Assembly (NCBI GenBank): GCA_965231135.1
Contig: OZ246419.1
Location: forward strand, 733,865 to 797,864
Length of the DNA stretch: 64,000 nt
Source: an uncultured Gammaproteobacteria bacterium
GTDB taxonomy: Bacteria > Patescibacteriota > Microgenomatia > UBA8517
Reading direction: 5' to 3'
Part shown: piece by piece, positions 24,737 through 35,688 of the stretch
Layout: each line of letters opens with the position of its first letter
Position numbering within the stretch: position 1 is the first letter of the stretch
Program-made: the position numbers and the translations under genes
The notes under the pieces: generated by a model
Told to the model about the DNA's origin: nothing
Database searches by the model: none
Seen by the model: the letters and a program-made list of their open reading frames with translations, nothing else

Positions 24737-26440
24737 TTACATTTTACCTGGTGCTTCAATTCCAAGCAAATTTAATCCATTTTTTAAAATTTGTCCCACT
24801 GAGAAAGTTAATGCAAGCTTAAATTCTTCGTTTTCTGATCCAATTATTTGTACTTTGTTATAATATGTATTAAATAAAGATGCAACATTATATAAATACT
24901 CACATAAAATATTTGGGGAATAAGAAGTGGCTGCTAATTCAATTATTTCTGGGAATCTTGATAATAATCTTTCAATTAGGTTTTCTTCTTCATTCATAAT
25001 TACATCACTAAGTTTAGGTTTCTTGTTTGATTTATTTAAAATACTTTGAGCTCTTGCATATGTGTATTGAATATATGGGCCAGAGTTGCCTTCAAAGCTG
25101 AGAGATTCGTTAAAATCGAATGCAATATCTTGCATTCTGCCAACTTTTAAAATACTGTATTTTATTGCACCGAGAGCAATTTCTTCTGCTAAATTATTAT
25201 TTATAGAATGCATTTTTATTATTTTTTCTTTAGCTTCATCAATAAGATCGTCAATATAAACAACATTTCCTTTTCTCGAGCTCATTTTTCCTTGGCCTTT
25301 AATACTCATGAATCCAAACGCAATATGTGTAAACATATCAAGTTTACCAATTCCCAATTGTTCACAAACTGCAAATAATTGTTTTAAGGCAAGAGATTGC
25401 TCAGGACCAATTACCCAAAATAAATGATTTGGATGAAAGGTTTCTATTTTAAGTTTGGTTAGGGCAAGATCTTGAGTAATATACAAAGCAGTTCCATCTG
25501 ATTTAATTACGACTGTGTCTGGTAAGTTATATTTTTTAAGGTCTGTAACTATTGCTCCACCTTTTCCATTTTTGAAAATTCCCTTTTTTAAACCATCTTC
25601 GACTATTTCTTTACCTTTTTTATAATGTTCATGCTCGTGCCAAACCTTGTCATGAATATTTCCTAATCTTTTGAGAGTTAATTGTTGACCTCGATATGAA
25701 TATTCCAAAACTTTTTTCCAAAGTTCCCATGTGATTTTGTCGTCTTTCTCCCAATTAATAACGATTTGTCTTATTTTCTTTTCATTTTCTTCATTCTCAA
25801 AATCAATTGAAGCTCTTGCGTATAGTTCATCAACAAACCTGTCGGGGCGAATATTTGAATCACTTGGCTCACTCCATTCGTCTTGATGCTCGTACCAATA
25901 GTTTATATCAGTAATTTCTTTTTTATTTTTATTTGCAAATTTAAGATAACCCCACATAAGCTTAGCAATTGCAATTCCTCTATTATTATCAATATCGTCT
26001 CTAATTACTCTTACTCCAGTTGTCTGCCAAATATTAGCGATAGCCATACCGAGAATATTGTTTCTAAGATGTCCTAAATGCATAGCTTTGTTCGGATTTG
26101 GAGATGTATGCTCAATAAGCCAAGTTTTACCTTTGTTTTTTTCACTATTTCCATACTTACCTTTTTGCTCAATAATTTGAGATAAATTGTTAGTAAGTAC
26201 TTTAGTGTTCAAGTGAAAATTTATAAATCCTGGGCCTGCAATTTCTATTTTTGAGACAATTTTTTTTAAATCGTTATCGTCGTTTAATTTAGAAATCAAT
26301 TCTTTTGCGTTTAATTTATTTTGAATAGCGATATTAGTTGTGTAATCTCCAAATTCAGTTTTTGATGAAAATTCTACATGAGGGTTCTTGATCCCAGAAG
26401 CTTTTTCTAGTGATTTTTGGATTTCTTGTTTAATGTTCAT
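24737..26440 (-). CDS. argS: Arginine--tRNA ligase
   Basis: HIGH-type HLGHLRNNILG and KMSK-type KMSSRKG motifs; 567 aa. Confidence 0.9.
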   Translation of the reverse strand: MNIKQEIQKSLEKASGIKNPHVEFSSKTEFGDYTTNIAIQNKLNAKELISKLNDDNDLKKIVSKIEIAGPGFINFHLNTKVLTNNLSQIIEQKGKYGNSEKNKGKTWLIEHTSPNPNKAMHLGHLRNNILGMAIANIWQTTGVRVIRDDIDNNRGIAIAKLMWGYLKFANKNKKEITDINYWYEHQDEWSEPSDSNIRPDRFVDELYARASIDFENEENEKKIRQIVINWEKDDKITWELWKKVLEYSYRGQQLTLKRLGNIHDKVWHEHEHYKKGKEIVEDGLKKGIFKNGKGGAIVTDLKKYNLPDTVVIKSDGTALYITQDLALTKLKIETFHPNHLFWVIGPEQSLALKQLFAVCEQLGIGKLDMFTHIAFGFMSIKGQGKMSSRKGNVVYIDDLIDEAKEKIIKMHSINNNLAEEIALGAIKYSILKVGRMQDIAFDFNESLSFEGNSGPYIQYTYARAQSILNKSNKKPKLSDVIMNEEENLIERLLSRFPEIIELAATSYSPNILCEYLYNVASLFNTYYNKVQIIGSENEEFKLALTFSVGQILKNGLNLLGIEAPGKM

Positions 26441-26458
26441 TAATAAATTATATCATGA

Positions 26459-27334
26459 CTATAAGCCTAATATTGAAATAAAGTAACTTAAAAGAGGTAT
26501 CACAGGTAATAAAATTAATTTCCCTAAAACAGGCGAAATGAAGCTTATTAACCCTCCAGCCAGGCCTAAAATTAAAATTGGAGAAATTGTCCAAACCAGG
26601 AGTAGAGATAGAATTGCTCCCAAGAAATTAAAATTGCCAAAAAGAAAAAAGATTATTGGAAAAATTCCCAGATTTGTACTAAGGGCTATTGATAGATCCT
26701 CCTTTAAGATTTCTGGAATAAATTTTAATGAATTTTTTATTTTTGAGTTGAACAAAACGATTGAGAATGTGGCTGTAAAAGATAAAATGAAGCCCAAGTC
26801 TAGTATTAAAAAGGGCCAAATAATTAGCATTAACAGAAACACAATTAAACTAATTTTAAGAGTATTTGTCACACGCCCAAAAATTAAACCGATGAATGCA
26901 ATTGTAGTAATTAAACCTGATTTAATCGATGATGTCTGAGAGCCAGTAATAAATATATAAATCCATATAATAAGAATTATTAATATTGCAGATTTTTGCC
27001 TTTTAATTTTATTTATAAAAATAGTCATTAAGAATCCTGCAAGAATTGTTATTTTTATTCCAGATGTTTCTGTTAAGAAAGTTATTCCTAAATTTTTAAT
27101 TTTGTTTCCCAAAAAATAAGTTAAATTATTTTTTGTACCCAAAACAATACTTGACAAAATTTCTCCTTTATCCCCTGGTATTGATGTATCAAAAAAATTT
27201 TCTAAAGATTTACTAATAAAATTTTCGTTAATGTCTTGAACAGGCTTTTGCAAATTAGTTGTCAGGAGACGAAAAAGAAGAAGACAGATCAACAAAAACC
27301 ACAAGGAATATTTCATTTTAAAATTAATAAACAA
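26459..27334 (-). CDS. comEC: ComEC/Rec2-family competence membrane protein (short, channel domain only)
   Basis: Polytopic; competence-domain-like LGTKNNLTYFLGNKIKNLGITFLTETSGIKITILAGFL; downstream of comEA. Confidence 0.65.
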   Translation of the reverse strand: MFINFKMKYSLWFLLICLLLFRLLTTNLQKPVQDINENFISKSLENFFDTSIPGDKGEILSSIVLGTKNNLTYFLGNKIKNLGITFLTETSGIKITILAGFLMTIFINKIKRQKSAILIILIIWIYIFITGSQTSSIKSGLITTIAFIGLIFGRVTNTLKISLIVFLLMLIIWPFLILDLGFILSFTATFSIVLFNSKIKNSLKFIPEILKEDLSIALSTNLGIFPIIFFLFGNFNFLGAILSLLLVWTISPILILGLAGGLISFISPVLGKLILLPVIPLLSYFISILGL

Positions 27335-27992
27335 TCAGTCGGTCTTTTATTTTGTTATATTCGCTTTGTTTTAAAACACTTTTGGAAAGCAACTCTTCAA
27401 CAGCCGAGTACGGTCTGTTATCAATTATTTTTTGACCGTATACTTGGCCTATTCCTTCTAAACTTTCCAGTTCTCCAAGACTTGCAGTGTTAATATTTAT
27501 TTGCCCACTTTCTGATTGTGCGACACTTGAATTTTGTTCATTTGAGCTAGCAATGTCATTGTTTGATTGCTGAAGAGAAGGTATATAGATCTTTTGGCCG
27601 TCTGTTAATTTTGCCGCCTTATTAATATTTTTATCAACCCAGTTTTTATCAGCATTGTCAGTAATTCCTCCGGCTTTTTGTAATGCATCTTCTACTCTAC
27701 TGCCAAAATCCAACTCATAAACTCCAGGGTTTACAACCTCACCTGAGACATCAATTTCTATTTTTAATGAAGCGCTACTTTCTGGACTATTTTCAACTGT
27801 AGAATTTCCTAGCACTTCTTGACTCTGATTGCTTGTAGAATGATTATTGCCTCTCAATATTAAACCTAGAATAACAAGGATTATGCCTAAGCTTAAGAAA
27901 ATGATCTGAAGTTTATATGGAGACGACAAAATTAATAATTTTGCCTGCGACAAAAATGACTTTGTAGTCTTTTCCACTGATCCATTTTTCAA
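27324..27992 (-). CDS. comEA: Competence protein ComEA (TM anchor + SLBB + helix-hairpin-helix)
   Basis: C-terminal HhH ININTASLGELESLEGIGQVYGQKIIDNRPY; TTG start at 27992 overlaps the leuS 3' end by about 80 nt, and alternative GTG/TTG starts exist at 27977 and 27953. Confidence 0.75.
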   Translation of the reverse strand: MKNGSVEKTTKSFLSQAKLLILSSPYKLQIIFLSLGIILVILGLILRGNNHSTSNQSQEVLGNSTVENSPESSASLKIEIDVSGEVVNPGVYELDFGSRVEDALQKAGGITDNADKNWVDKNINKAAKLTDGQKIYIPSLQQSNNDIASSNEQNSSVAQSESGQININTASLGELESLEGIGQVYGQKIIDNRPYSAVEELLSKSVLKQSEYNKIKDRLIVY

Positions 27993-30522
27993 CTTTTTCG
28001 TCTTTTAATGCAAGAGCTGTTATTTTTTTCTTATCTTTTCCTTCGCTTGTTTCAACTTGAACCTGGGATCTGAATTTACCATTTACTTGAACAATTATTG
28101 TTAACTGATCTACTTTAATATATTTTGAATTATATTTAGGCCAATTTGAATTATGAACCGAATATTTTTCTTGCAATACTTCATTCCATAATTCTTCTGT
28201 AACGTGCGGTGCAAAAGGAGCAAGAAGCTGACATAAGGCAATTAACGATTCTTTGCTAGTTCCGTTGTCATATAAATAGTTAACAAATTCCATGATTGTT
28301 GCAATCGCTGTATTGTAATGAAATATTTCTATATCTTTTGTAACCTTTTGAATGGTTTGGTGTAATTTTGACTGTAATTTCTTTTCATCTTTTGGTTTTT
28401 TGTTTTCGAAATATAAATTCCAAACTCTTCTAATAAACTTTTGCATTCCCTCTATGCCTGTATCTCTAAAGTCTGGTGAGCCGTCCATTGGACCAATAAA
28501 TACCACATACATTCTTAATGTGTCTGCACCAAATTTTTTGATGTATTCATCAGGATTGACAACGTTCCCTCGAGATTTACTCATCTTTGCACCATCTTTA
28601 ATCATCAACCCGTGCGCAAAGAAGTTTGGAAAAGGTTCTTCAAAATTTAAATAATCAAGATCATGAAGAACCATTGTCACAAATCTTGCATACATAAGAT
28701 GTAGCACTGCATGCTCCGCTCCGCCAAAGTATTGGTTAACAGGAAGCCATTTCTTAGTAATTTCCTTATCAAAAGGAACTTTATCAAAGTTTGTTGAAGG
28801 ATATCGTAAAAAATACCATGAACTATCTAAAAATGTATCAGCTACGTCTGTTTCTCTTTTAGCATTGCTTCCACAATGCGGGCATTTTACTTCATAAAAC
28901 TCTGGATGGTTTGCCAAAGGTCCACGGCCGTTTCCTTCAGGTTTGTAATCTTCTATTACTGGAAGTTTAACTGGTAAGTTTTCTTCAGGCCACCACCCTT
29001 GCCAGTCCCAATCTGATTGATTTTGATGTAAAAGATTATTGTTTGTTTTTAAATAACCATCGCCTTTTTTGGCACATTCTTCACAGAAAATCATTGGTAA
29101 CGGGCATCCCCAATATCGCTGTCGGCCAATTCCCCAATCACGAAGATGATAAGTAAAAACTCTTTTACCCCAACCTTTTTCTTCAAAATAATTTTTAGTT
29201 TTTTCCATTGCTTTGGTAAATTCAATACCGTTTAAAAAGTCTGAATTGATCATTTTTCCTGCTTCTTCTCCTGCATGAAGTTGTTCTACTTCTTTAATTT
29301 CCCCTGCTTCTCCATTTTTACCTTCAACTACCCGAGTGATTGGTAGTCCAAATTTTTTGGCGAACTCAAAATCTCTTTTATCGTGACCTGGACAGCCTTG
29401 AACAGCTCCAGTCCCGAAGTCCATCAGAACAAAATCTGTTACCCAAACAGGAATTTGTTTTTTAGTTAAATGATTTTCAACATACAAACCAGTAAAAACG
29501 CCAGTTTTATCCTTGCCTTCAGCTTCTCTTTGTTGTTTTGTTTTACTTAGAGATCTTTTGATATACTTTTTTACATCTTCTTTGTTGCTTTCGGGAATAA
29601 TCTCTAATAAATTATCCCGTGCATATTCCGGGGCTACGACTAAGAATGTAGCTCCAAAATTAATAGGAGTTGTTGTAAAAACTGTTATTTTTTCATTATG
29701 ATTTATTATTTTGAAATCTATTTCAATACCTTCTTTTTTCCCGATCCATTCCCGTTGAGCTACGATAACACGTTCTGACCAGTTTATTTTAGGTAGGTTT
29801 TCTAATAATCTTTCTGCATAATCGGTAATCCTAAAAAACCAAACTTCTAATTCTTTTTTCTCAACAACTGTGCCGCAGCGTTCGCAAACCATTAATCCCT
29901 CTGTGTTTGCAACTGGATTACCTTTTGCATCAATTGGATCTTTACCTGCTTGCTTTGGCGTCATAACCTGCTCGTCGGATAAAACTGTTTTATCTTTTGG
30001 ACAAAAATTTACTAATGCTTTTTTTCTATACGCCAAACCTGCTTTAAATAATTCTTTAAAAACCCACTCGGTCCAGTGATAATAATTAACATCTGAGGTT
30101 GTTACAGTATGCGTCCAATCATAACCATGGCCAAAACTTTTAAATTGTTCCTCAAAGTGCTTAATTGATCTATTTAGCATTACTTGCGGAGACTCACCTA
30201 TTTTAAGCGCATAATTTTCTGAATGAATTCCAAATGAATCGTAACCCATTGGCTGCAATACATTTTTTCCATTCATTCTTTGGAATCTTCCATAAATGTC
30301 GCTTCCAGTTGAGCTCATTGCATGACCTGCGTGAAGCCCTTCTGCTGAAGGGTAAGGAAACATAAACAAATTGTAAAAAGGATTTTGCGCTTTTTGAATG
30401 TCCGGAGAATAAATTTTACTTTCTTCCCATCTATTTTGCCATTTTGCTTCGATATTTTTATGATCGTATTTAATCTTACTTGTCATTTGATTTATTGTAT
30501 TTGAATTAGCTTTAAGTGTCAA
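27913..30522 (-). CDS. leuS: Leucine--tRNA ligase
   Basis: 869 aa; PYPSAEGLHAGHAMSSTGSDIYGRFQRM (HIGH region), KMSKSRGN, editing (CP1) domain present. Confidence 0.92.
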   Translation of the reverse strand: MTLKANSNTINQMTSKIKYDHKNIEAKWQNRWEESKIYSPDIQKAQNPFYNLFMFPYPSAEGLHAGHAMSSTGSDIYGRFQRMNGKNVLQPMGYDSFGIHSENYALKIGESPQVMLNRSIKHFEEQFKSFGHGYDWTHTVTTSDVNYYHWTEWVFKELFKAGLAYRKKALVNFCPKDKTVLSDEQVMTPKQAGKDPIDAKGNPVANTEGLMVCERCGTVVEKKELEVWFFRITDYAERLLENLPKINWSERVIVAQREWIGKKEGIEIDFKIINHNEKITVFTTTPINFGATFLVVAPEYARDNLLEIIPESNKEDVKKYIKRSLSKTKQQREAEGKDKTGVFTGLYVENHLTKKQIPVWVTDFVLMDFGTGAVQGCPGHDKRDFEFAKKFGLPITRVVEGKNGEAGEIKEVEQLHAGEEAGKMINSDFLNGIEFTKAMEKTKNYFEEKGWGKRVFTYHLRDWGIGRQRYWGCPLPMIFCEECAKKGDGYLKTNNNLLHQNQSDWDWQGWWPEENLPVKLPVIEDYKPEGNGRGPLANHPEFYEVKCPHCGSNAKRETDVADTFLDSSWYFLRYPSTNFDKVPFDKEITKKWLPVNQYFGGAEHAVLHLMYARFVTMVLHDLDYLNFEEPFPNFFAHGLMIKDGAKMSKSRGNVVNPDEYIKKFGADTLRMYVVFIGPMDGSPDFRDTGIEGMQKFIRRVWNLYFENKKPKDEKKLQSKLHQTIQKVTKDIEIFHYNTAIATIMEFVNYLYDNGTSKESLIALCQLLAPFAPHVTEELWNEVLQEKYSVHNSNWPKYNSKYIKVDQLTIIVQVNGKFRSQVQVETSEGKDKKKITALALKDEKVEKWISGKDYKVIFVAGKIINFVVSI

Positions 30523-30813
30523 TTTGTTGAGATAAATTATTACAGTATATATAGTAGCAGCCTTGTATTTAGTTTGCTAATTAATTAAATGTCCAACTTT
30601 TGTAGCTAAACTGTATATTTCCTATAATATTTACTTGTTGCAAGCGTTAATTATATATTCTCCGCTATTTTCCGTATTATTATTAAATATATATCAAATA
30701 AAATACGAATATTGTTCTTTATCTATAAAACTAAAAGTATTTAATTTTTATGTTTTATATTGTAATTAGATTTGATTTTAACTGCGTTTATTAAACTACA
30801 GGTTTTGTGAAAT

Positions 30814-31055
30814 TTATTTAATACCTAAATAAATCCAAACTCTATTCTCTCTGACCTTAATAAGAGCATTTGTGTCAACAACTATCTGCTGTTCATAACC
30901 TCTTTGCCTAAAAATAATTTGTTTTTCAATAATAGATATAAAATTAGAATGATCGTCTAAGATATCAAAAATACCACTTTTATTGTAGGAAGTTATATTG
31001 TCAACTTCTCCCTGAAAGACTATTTTATCTCTGTTTTTAACTAATAAACTTAGCA

Positions 31056-31056
<1 letters not shown>
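30814..31056 (-). CDS. atpC: F-type ATP synthase epsilon subunit (N-terminal beta-sandwich only, 80 aa)
   Basis: Position directly after atpD with shared boundary at 31056; LLVKNRDKIVFQGEVDNITSYNKSGIFDIL resembles the epsilon N-domain. Confidence 0.65.
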
Positions 31057-32438
<1,382 letters not shown>

Positions 32439-33314
32439 TTAAATAAATCTCCTTTGAGAAACCACTGTCGATAAATATTCTAATTGTTTTTTATTTGTTC
32501 TTGCATGAGCAAGTTTCAAATTTTGTGTTTTTGCTATCTCAAGATTTTTTCTAACCTTTTCTCCTGCCTGATCCATAGCAAGCATACGTGAGGCAAATTT
32601 GGCCAGCTGAGATTCTGTAATTGTCTGTTCAAAAATTGAAGAGAACATTTCTTTTTCGAAAAACATTAAAATTTCTTCCAGACTTGGTTCGAATAAATAT
32701 TTTATTTTCCTTCCCTTCTCGTCTTTATTTACTGGAGTTTCTGCAGATATAACTACTTCTTCTGGATCTTGATTGATTATGCTTTTAAACTTTCCATAAA
32801 AAATATGGATCTCTTCGTATTCGACCAAGTGACGAACAAGATCTCCCATCTTTTCTCTATCAAATCCGAAATCAGGAAGATCAAAATATGAATAAGATTT
32901 ATCCGGGAAAGATTGACGAAACATTTCTAAACCAAGAGTACCCACAATTGTAGCTTCGTAATCTCTTTCTCTAACTTCCTGAATAAATTTATTAAAAACT
33001 TTTCGAGTTAAATCGCCATAAAAGCCTGTATTTGCAGAAATAAATACTGCTACAGTTTTACCGTTATGACTTATTAACTTTAGTTTTTGACCGTTTTTGA
33101 TACCTTTTTTCTTTAATAATTTTTGAAATTCATCAGTGTATGATGCTTGTAATTCTTTAAATATTTGCTGCATATCTTCCAAGAATTCTCTAGAAGAAAG
33201 AACTGAACCTCTTGTAGCTTTCATGCGGCTTGAGGAGATTTGTGCATAAGCATCTGCTAATACACCTAATATTTCAAGATCAGTAACTTGTTTAGTAGTA
33301 TTTTTCTTGTCCAT
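32439..33314 (-). CDS. atpG: F-type ATP synthase gamma subunit
   Basis: Position between atpA and atpD; coiled-coil termini; ...QITESQLAKFASRMLAMDQAGEKV... matches gamma. Confidence 0.8.
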   Translation of the reverse strand: MDKKNTTKQVTDLEILGVLADAYAQISSSRMKATRGSVLSSREFLEDMQQIFKELQASYTDEFQKLLKKKGIKNGQKLKLISHNGKTVAVFISANTGFYGDLTRKVFNKFIQEVRERDYEATIVGTLGLEMFRQSFPDKSYSYFDLPDFGFDREKMGDLVRHLVEYEEIHIFYGKFKSIINQDPEEVVISAETPVNKDEKGRKIKYLFEPSLEEILMFFEKEMFSSIFEQTITESQLAKFASRMLAMDQAGEKVRKNLEIAKTQNLKLAHARTNKKQLEYLSTVVSQRRFI

Positions 33315-34737
33315 AATTTCCTTCTCTAAGCTTGTTCAGGAAGTCTGAATAAGCGGATGTTGATTTGATTAAAGAATCGATCTTATTTTTGAAATTTGCG
33401 TCTTTTTCATAATCGCTTACCATAGTTTTGATTTTTTCTTTCATTTGGAGAGGAGCCTGGTTTCTCCAAGAACCTGTCCAAAGCATTGCAATACATAAAA
33501 TACTTATATTTATAGGCATCACATCAACTGGCTGATTAAAAAATTCAAGAATCCTATCCCCCAACTTAAGCTTTTGCAAAACGTCTTCTGATAATTCTGC
33601 TCCAAAATGTACGAAGTCTCTTAATTTTTCAAGACTAACAAGAAATGAACTTAAATCACGGGTAATATCGCGAAGTAATGGAGTTTGGGCCTGTCCTCCT
33701 ACACGGGTAACTGATAAAAACGGATTAATTGGCGGGCGGCGTCCTAAGTTTGCCAACTCTGAGTCAAAGAAAATATGACCGTCTGTGATAGACATAAGAT
33801 TAGTTTGAATATATCCAGATAAATCTCCCAGGATTGATTCTGCTACAGGAAAACATGTAATTGAACCTGTTTTAAAATTTCCAGCACGTTCTAATAACTT
33901 TGAATGAAGATAAAAAATGTCTCCTGGATAAGAATTGCGGCCTGGAAAACGGCCTGCAAGAAGCGAGATCTGACGATAATATTTTGCGTGAGTTGTGAGA
34001 TCATCAAGAATAACGACTACATCTTTGCCCTGATCTCGGAAATGTTCTGCAATGGTCATAGCTGTATAAGGAGTCAAATAAATTAACCCTGGAGCATCTG
34101 AAGAAGCTGAGGCAACAATGATTGTATTTTGTAGCACCCCTTTTTTCTTAAGCGTGTTTAAAATTTCTTTTATTTCAACAATTCTTTTTCCGACCGAAGC
34201 GTAAATACAAATATTTTCTTTCTGAGTTTGATTGACAATTGTCTTAATAAAAAATTGAGTTTTTCCAGTTTTGCGATCTCCGATCACTAACTCTCTTTGG
34301 CCTTTACCGATTGGGATAACAAGATCAACAAGCGAGACTCCAGTTTCAAGAGATTCTTTTATTGGAGTTCTTGAAAGTAAATTTGGAGGTGTTGTATCGA
34401 TTTCTCTTATTGTTCCTGCAGGGCAGTTTTGATTATCTAAACAATGCCCGAGAGGATCCACTGTTTTTCCTAAAATTGCATTTGAAATATCAATTGATAA
34501 AGATTTATTTGTGCGAGCAACTTTTTGCCCAACTTTAATTGGAACATGGGACAAAACAAGAACTTCCGAATGTTCATTTGAGATAGAAATTGTCTGGCCT
34601 GTCTCTCCATTATCAAAAACAACAACTTCGTTTGGCTTTAAAGAAGGAAGGCCGCTTACGTAGACTATTGAATGCAACACTTCTTTTACTTCTCCGATTT
34701 CACCTGTTTCATTTAGATAATCTTGGTATTTTGGCAT
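33292..34737 (-). CDS. atpA: F-type ATP synthase alpha subunit
   Basis: Walker A GDRKTGKTQ; ILDDLTTHAKYYRQISLLAGRFPGRNSYPGDIFYLHSKLLERA. Confidence 0.92.
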   Translation of the reverse strand: MPKYQDYLNETGEIGEVKEVLHSIVYVSGLPSLKPNEVVVFDNGETGQTISISNEHSEVLVLSHVPIKVGQKVARTNKSLSIDISNAILGKTVDPLGHCLDNQNCPAGTIREIDTTPPNLLSRTPIKESLETGVSLVDLVIPIGKGQRELVIGDRKTGKTQFFIKTIVNQTQKENICIYASVGKRIVEIKEILNTLKKKGVLQNTIIVASASSDAPGLIYLTPYTAMTIAEHFRDQGKDVVVILDDLTTHAKYYRQISLLAGRFPGRNSYPGDIFYLHSKLLERAGNFKTGSITCFPVAESILGDLSGYIQTNLMSITDGHIFFDSELANLGRRPPINPFLSVTRVGGQAQTPLLRDITRDLSSFLVSLEKLRDFVHFGAELSEDVLQKLKLGDRILEFFNQPVDVMPINISILCIAMLWTGSWRNQAPLQMKEKIKTMVSDYEKDANFKNKIDSLIKSTSAYSDFLNKLREGNYGQEKYY

Positions 34738-34738
34738 A

Positions 34739-35188
34739 TTAGAAAGAGTTTAAAGTTTCGTTTATTAATTTATTTATGGAGCCATCAAAAAATTTTCCTT
34801 TATAGGAAAAGGTTGCTCCAGCGATAATTTTGGGATCCACTTTTATATCTAAAGCAATCTTATGATCTGTATTTTTTTGTAGCCAATTAGTTATTTTTTC
34901 AATTAAAATTTCTGACGGTTCTTTTGGAATTGTTATTTCTAAAAATTCAATTTTTTCAAGAAATTCTTTTATTTTTTTTATCACTTCTTCTTTGTTTTGA
35001 CCTTCTGTTAATTTTGAAATTGTATCTGCAAATGTTTTTTTGATTTTATTTTTAAGAACAAAATCAAAATTTTCTTTTTCTTCATAAATCGACTTCTCGA
35101 GAAGATCTAAATCGTTTTCAATATTTAAAACGTCATCACGAGTTGATACAAAATTAATAATTTCAGAATAAATTTGATCGTTTTGCAT
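34739..35188 (-). CDS. atpH: F-type ATP synthase delta (OSCP) subunit
   Basis: Position between atpF and atpA; 149 aa, helical, C-terminal IIAGATFSYKGKFFDGSINKL resembles the delta C-terminus. Confidence 0.6.
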   Translation of the reverse strand: MQNDQIYSEIINFVSTRDDVLNIENDLDLLEKSIYEEKENFDFVLKNKIKKTFADTISKLTEGQNKEEVIKKIKEFLEKIEFLEITIPKEPSEILIEKITNWLQKNTDHKIALDIKVDPKIIAGATFSYKGKFFDGSINKLINETLNSF

Positions 35189-35684
35189 TTTCTAAAGCCT
35201 TTAAAATAAGTTCGTCTTGTTTATTGTCATCAATAGAGCTTGAAACTATATCTGTAAATTTGCTTTTTAAGAGATCGTTTGCAGTTTTTCTAATTCTTTG
35301 AAATTCACTTGCTTTATATTTTTCAATTTCGTCTTTTGCGATATCGTATTCTGCAGAAACAGCTTTATCTTCTCCCCTTTTTTCTTCTATTAGATCTTCG
35401 ACGGTTTTCCTTTTTATTGAGTTTGCAATATTTTTAGCATTCTTTTCTATAAGTTCTACTGCTTCTAAACTTGCTTTTTGAATTGCATCGTCTAATTTCT
35501 CACTTGTAATACGGCTTGTATCAAGGTTTATTTTTCGTTTTATTTCATTTTTTTCAATATTTAATTTAAGATTTGTGTACTTATCAAGCGTTTTTTTATA
35601 TAGGAAAACTAGATACAAAACACAACCTAAAAGGACTGCAGTTATTAACATAAAAACTATAAATATAATTGACAAAATACTCAT
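35163..35684 (-). CDS. atpF: F-type ATP synthase B subunit
   Basis: A single N-terminal TM helix followed by a long charged coiled coil; operon position. Confidence 0.7.
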   Translation of the reverse strand: MSILSIIFIVFMLITAVLLGCVLYLVFLYKKTLDKYTNLKLNIEKNEIKRKINLDTSRITSEKLDDAIQKASLEAVELIEKNAKNIANSIKRKTVEDLIEEKRGEDKAVSAEYDIAKDEIEKYKASEFQRIRKTANDLLKSKFTDIVSSSIDDNKQDELILKALENAKRSNLF

Positions 35685-35688
35685 ATTT

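Noticed and set aside
26538-26939. 133-aa + strand ORF
   Set aside because: Antisense to comEC; lysine/arginine-rich shadow.
28352-30079. Small + strand ORFs inside leuS
   Set aside because: Antisense to an 869-aa gene with clear synthetase motifs.
35685-35688. Room for atpE/atpB between atpF and gpmI
   Set aside because: Only 4 nt separate the genes, so no hidden F0 genes are there.
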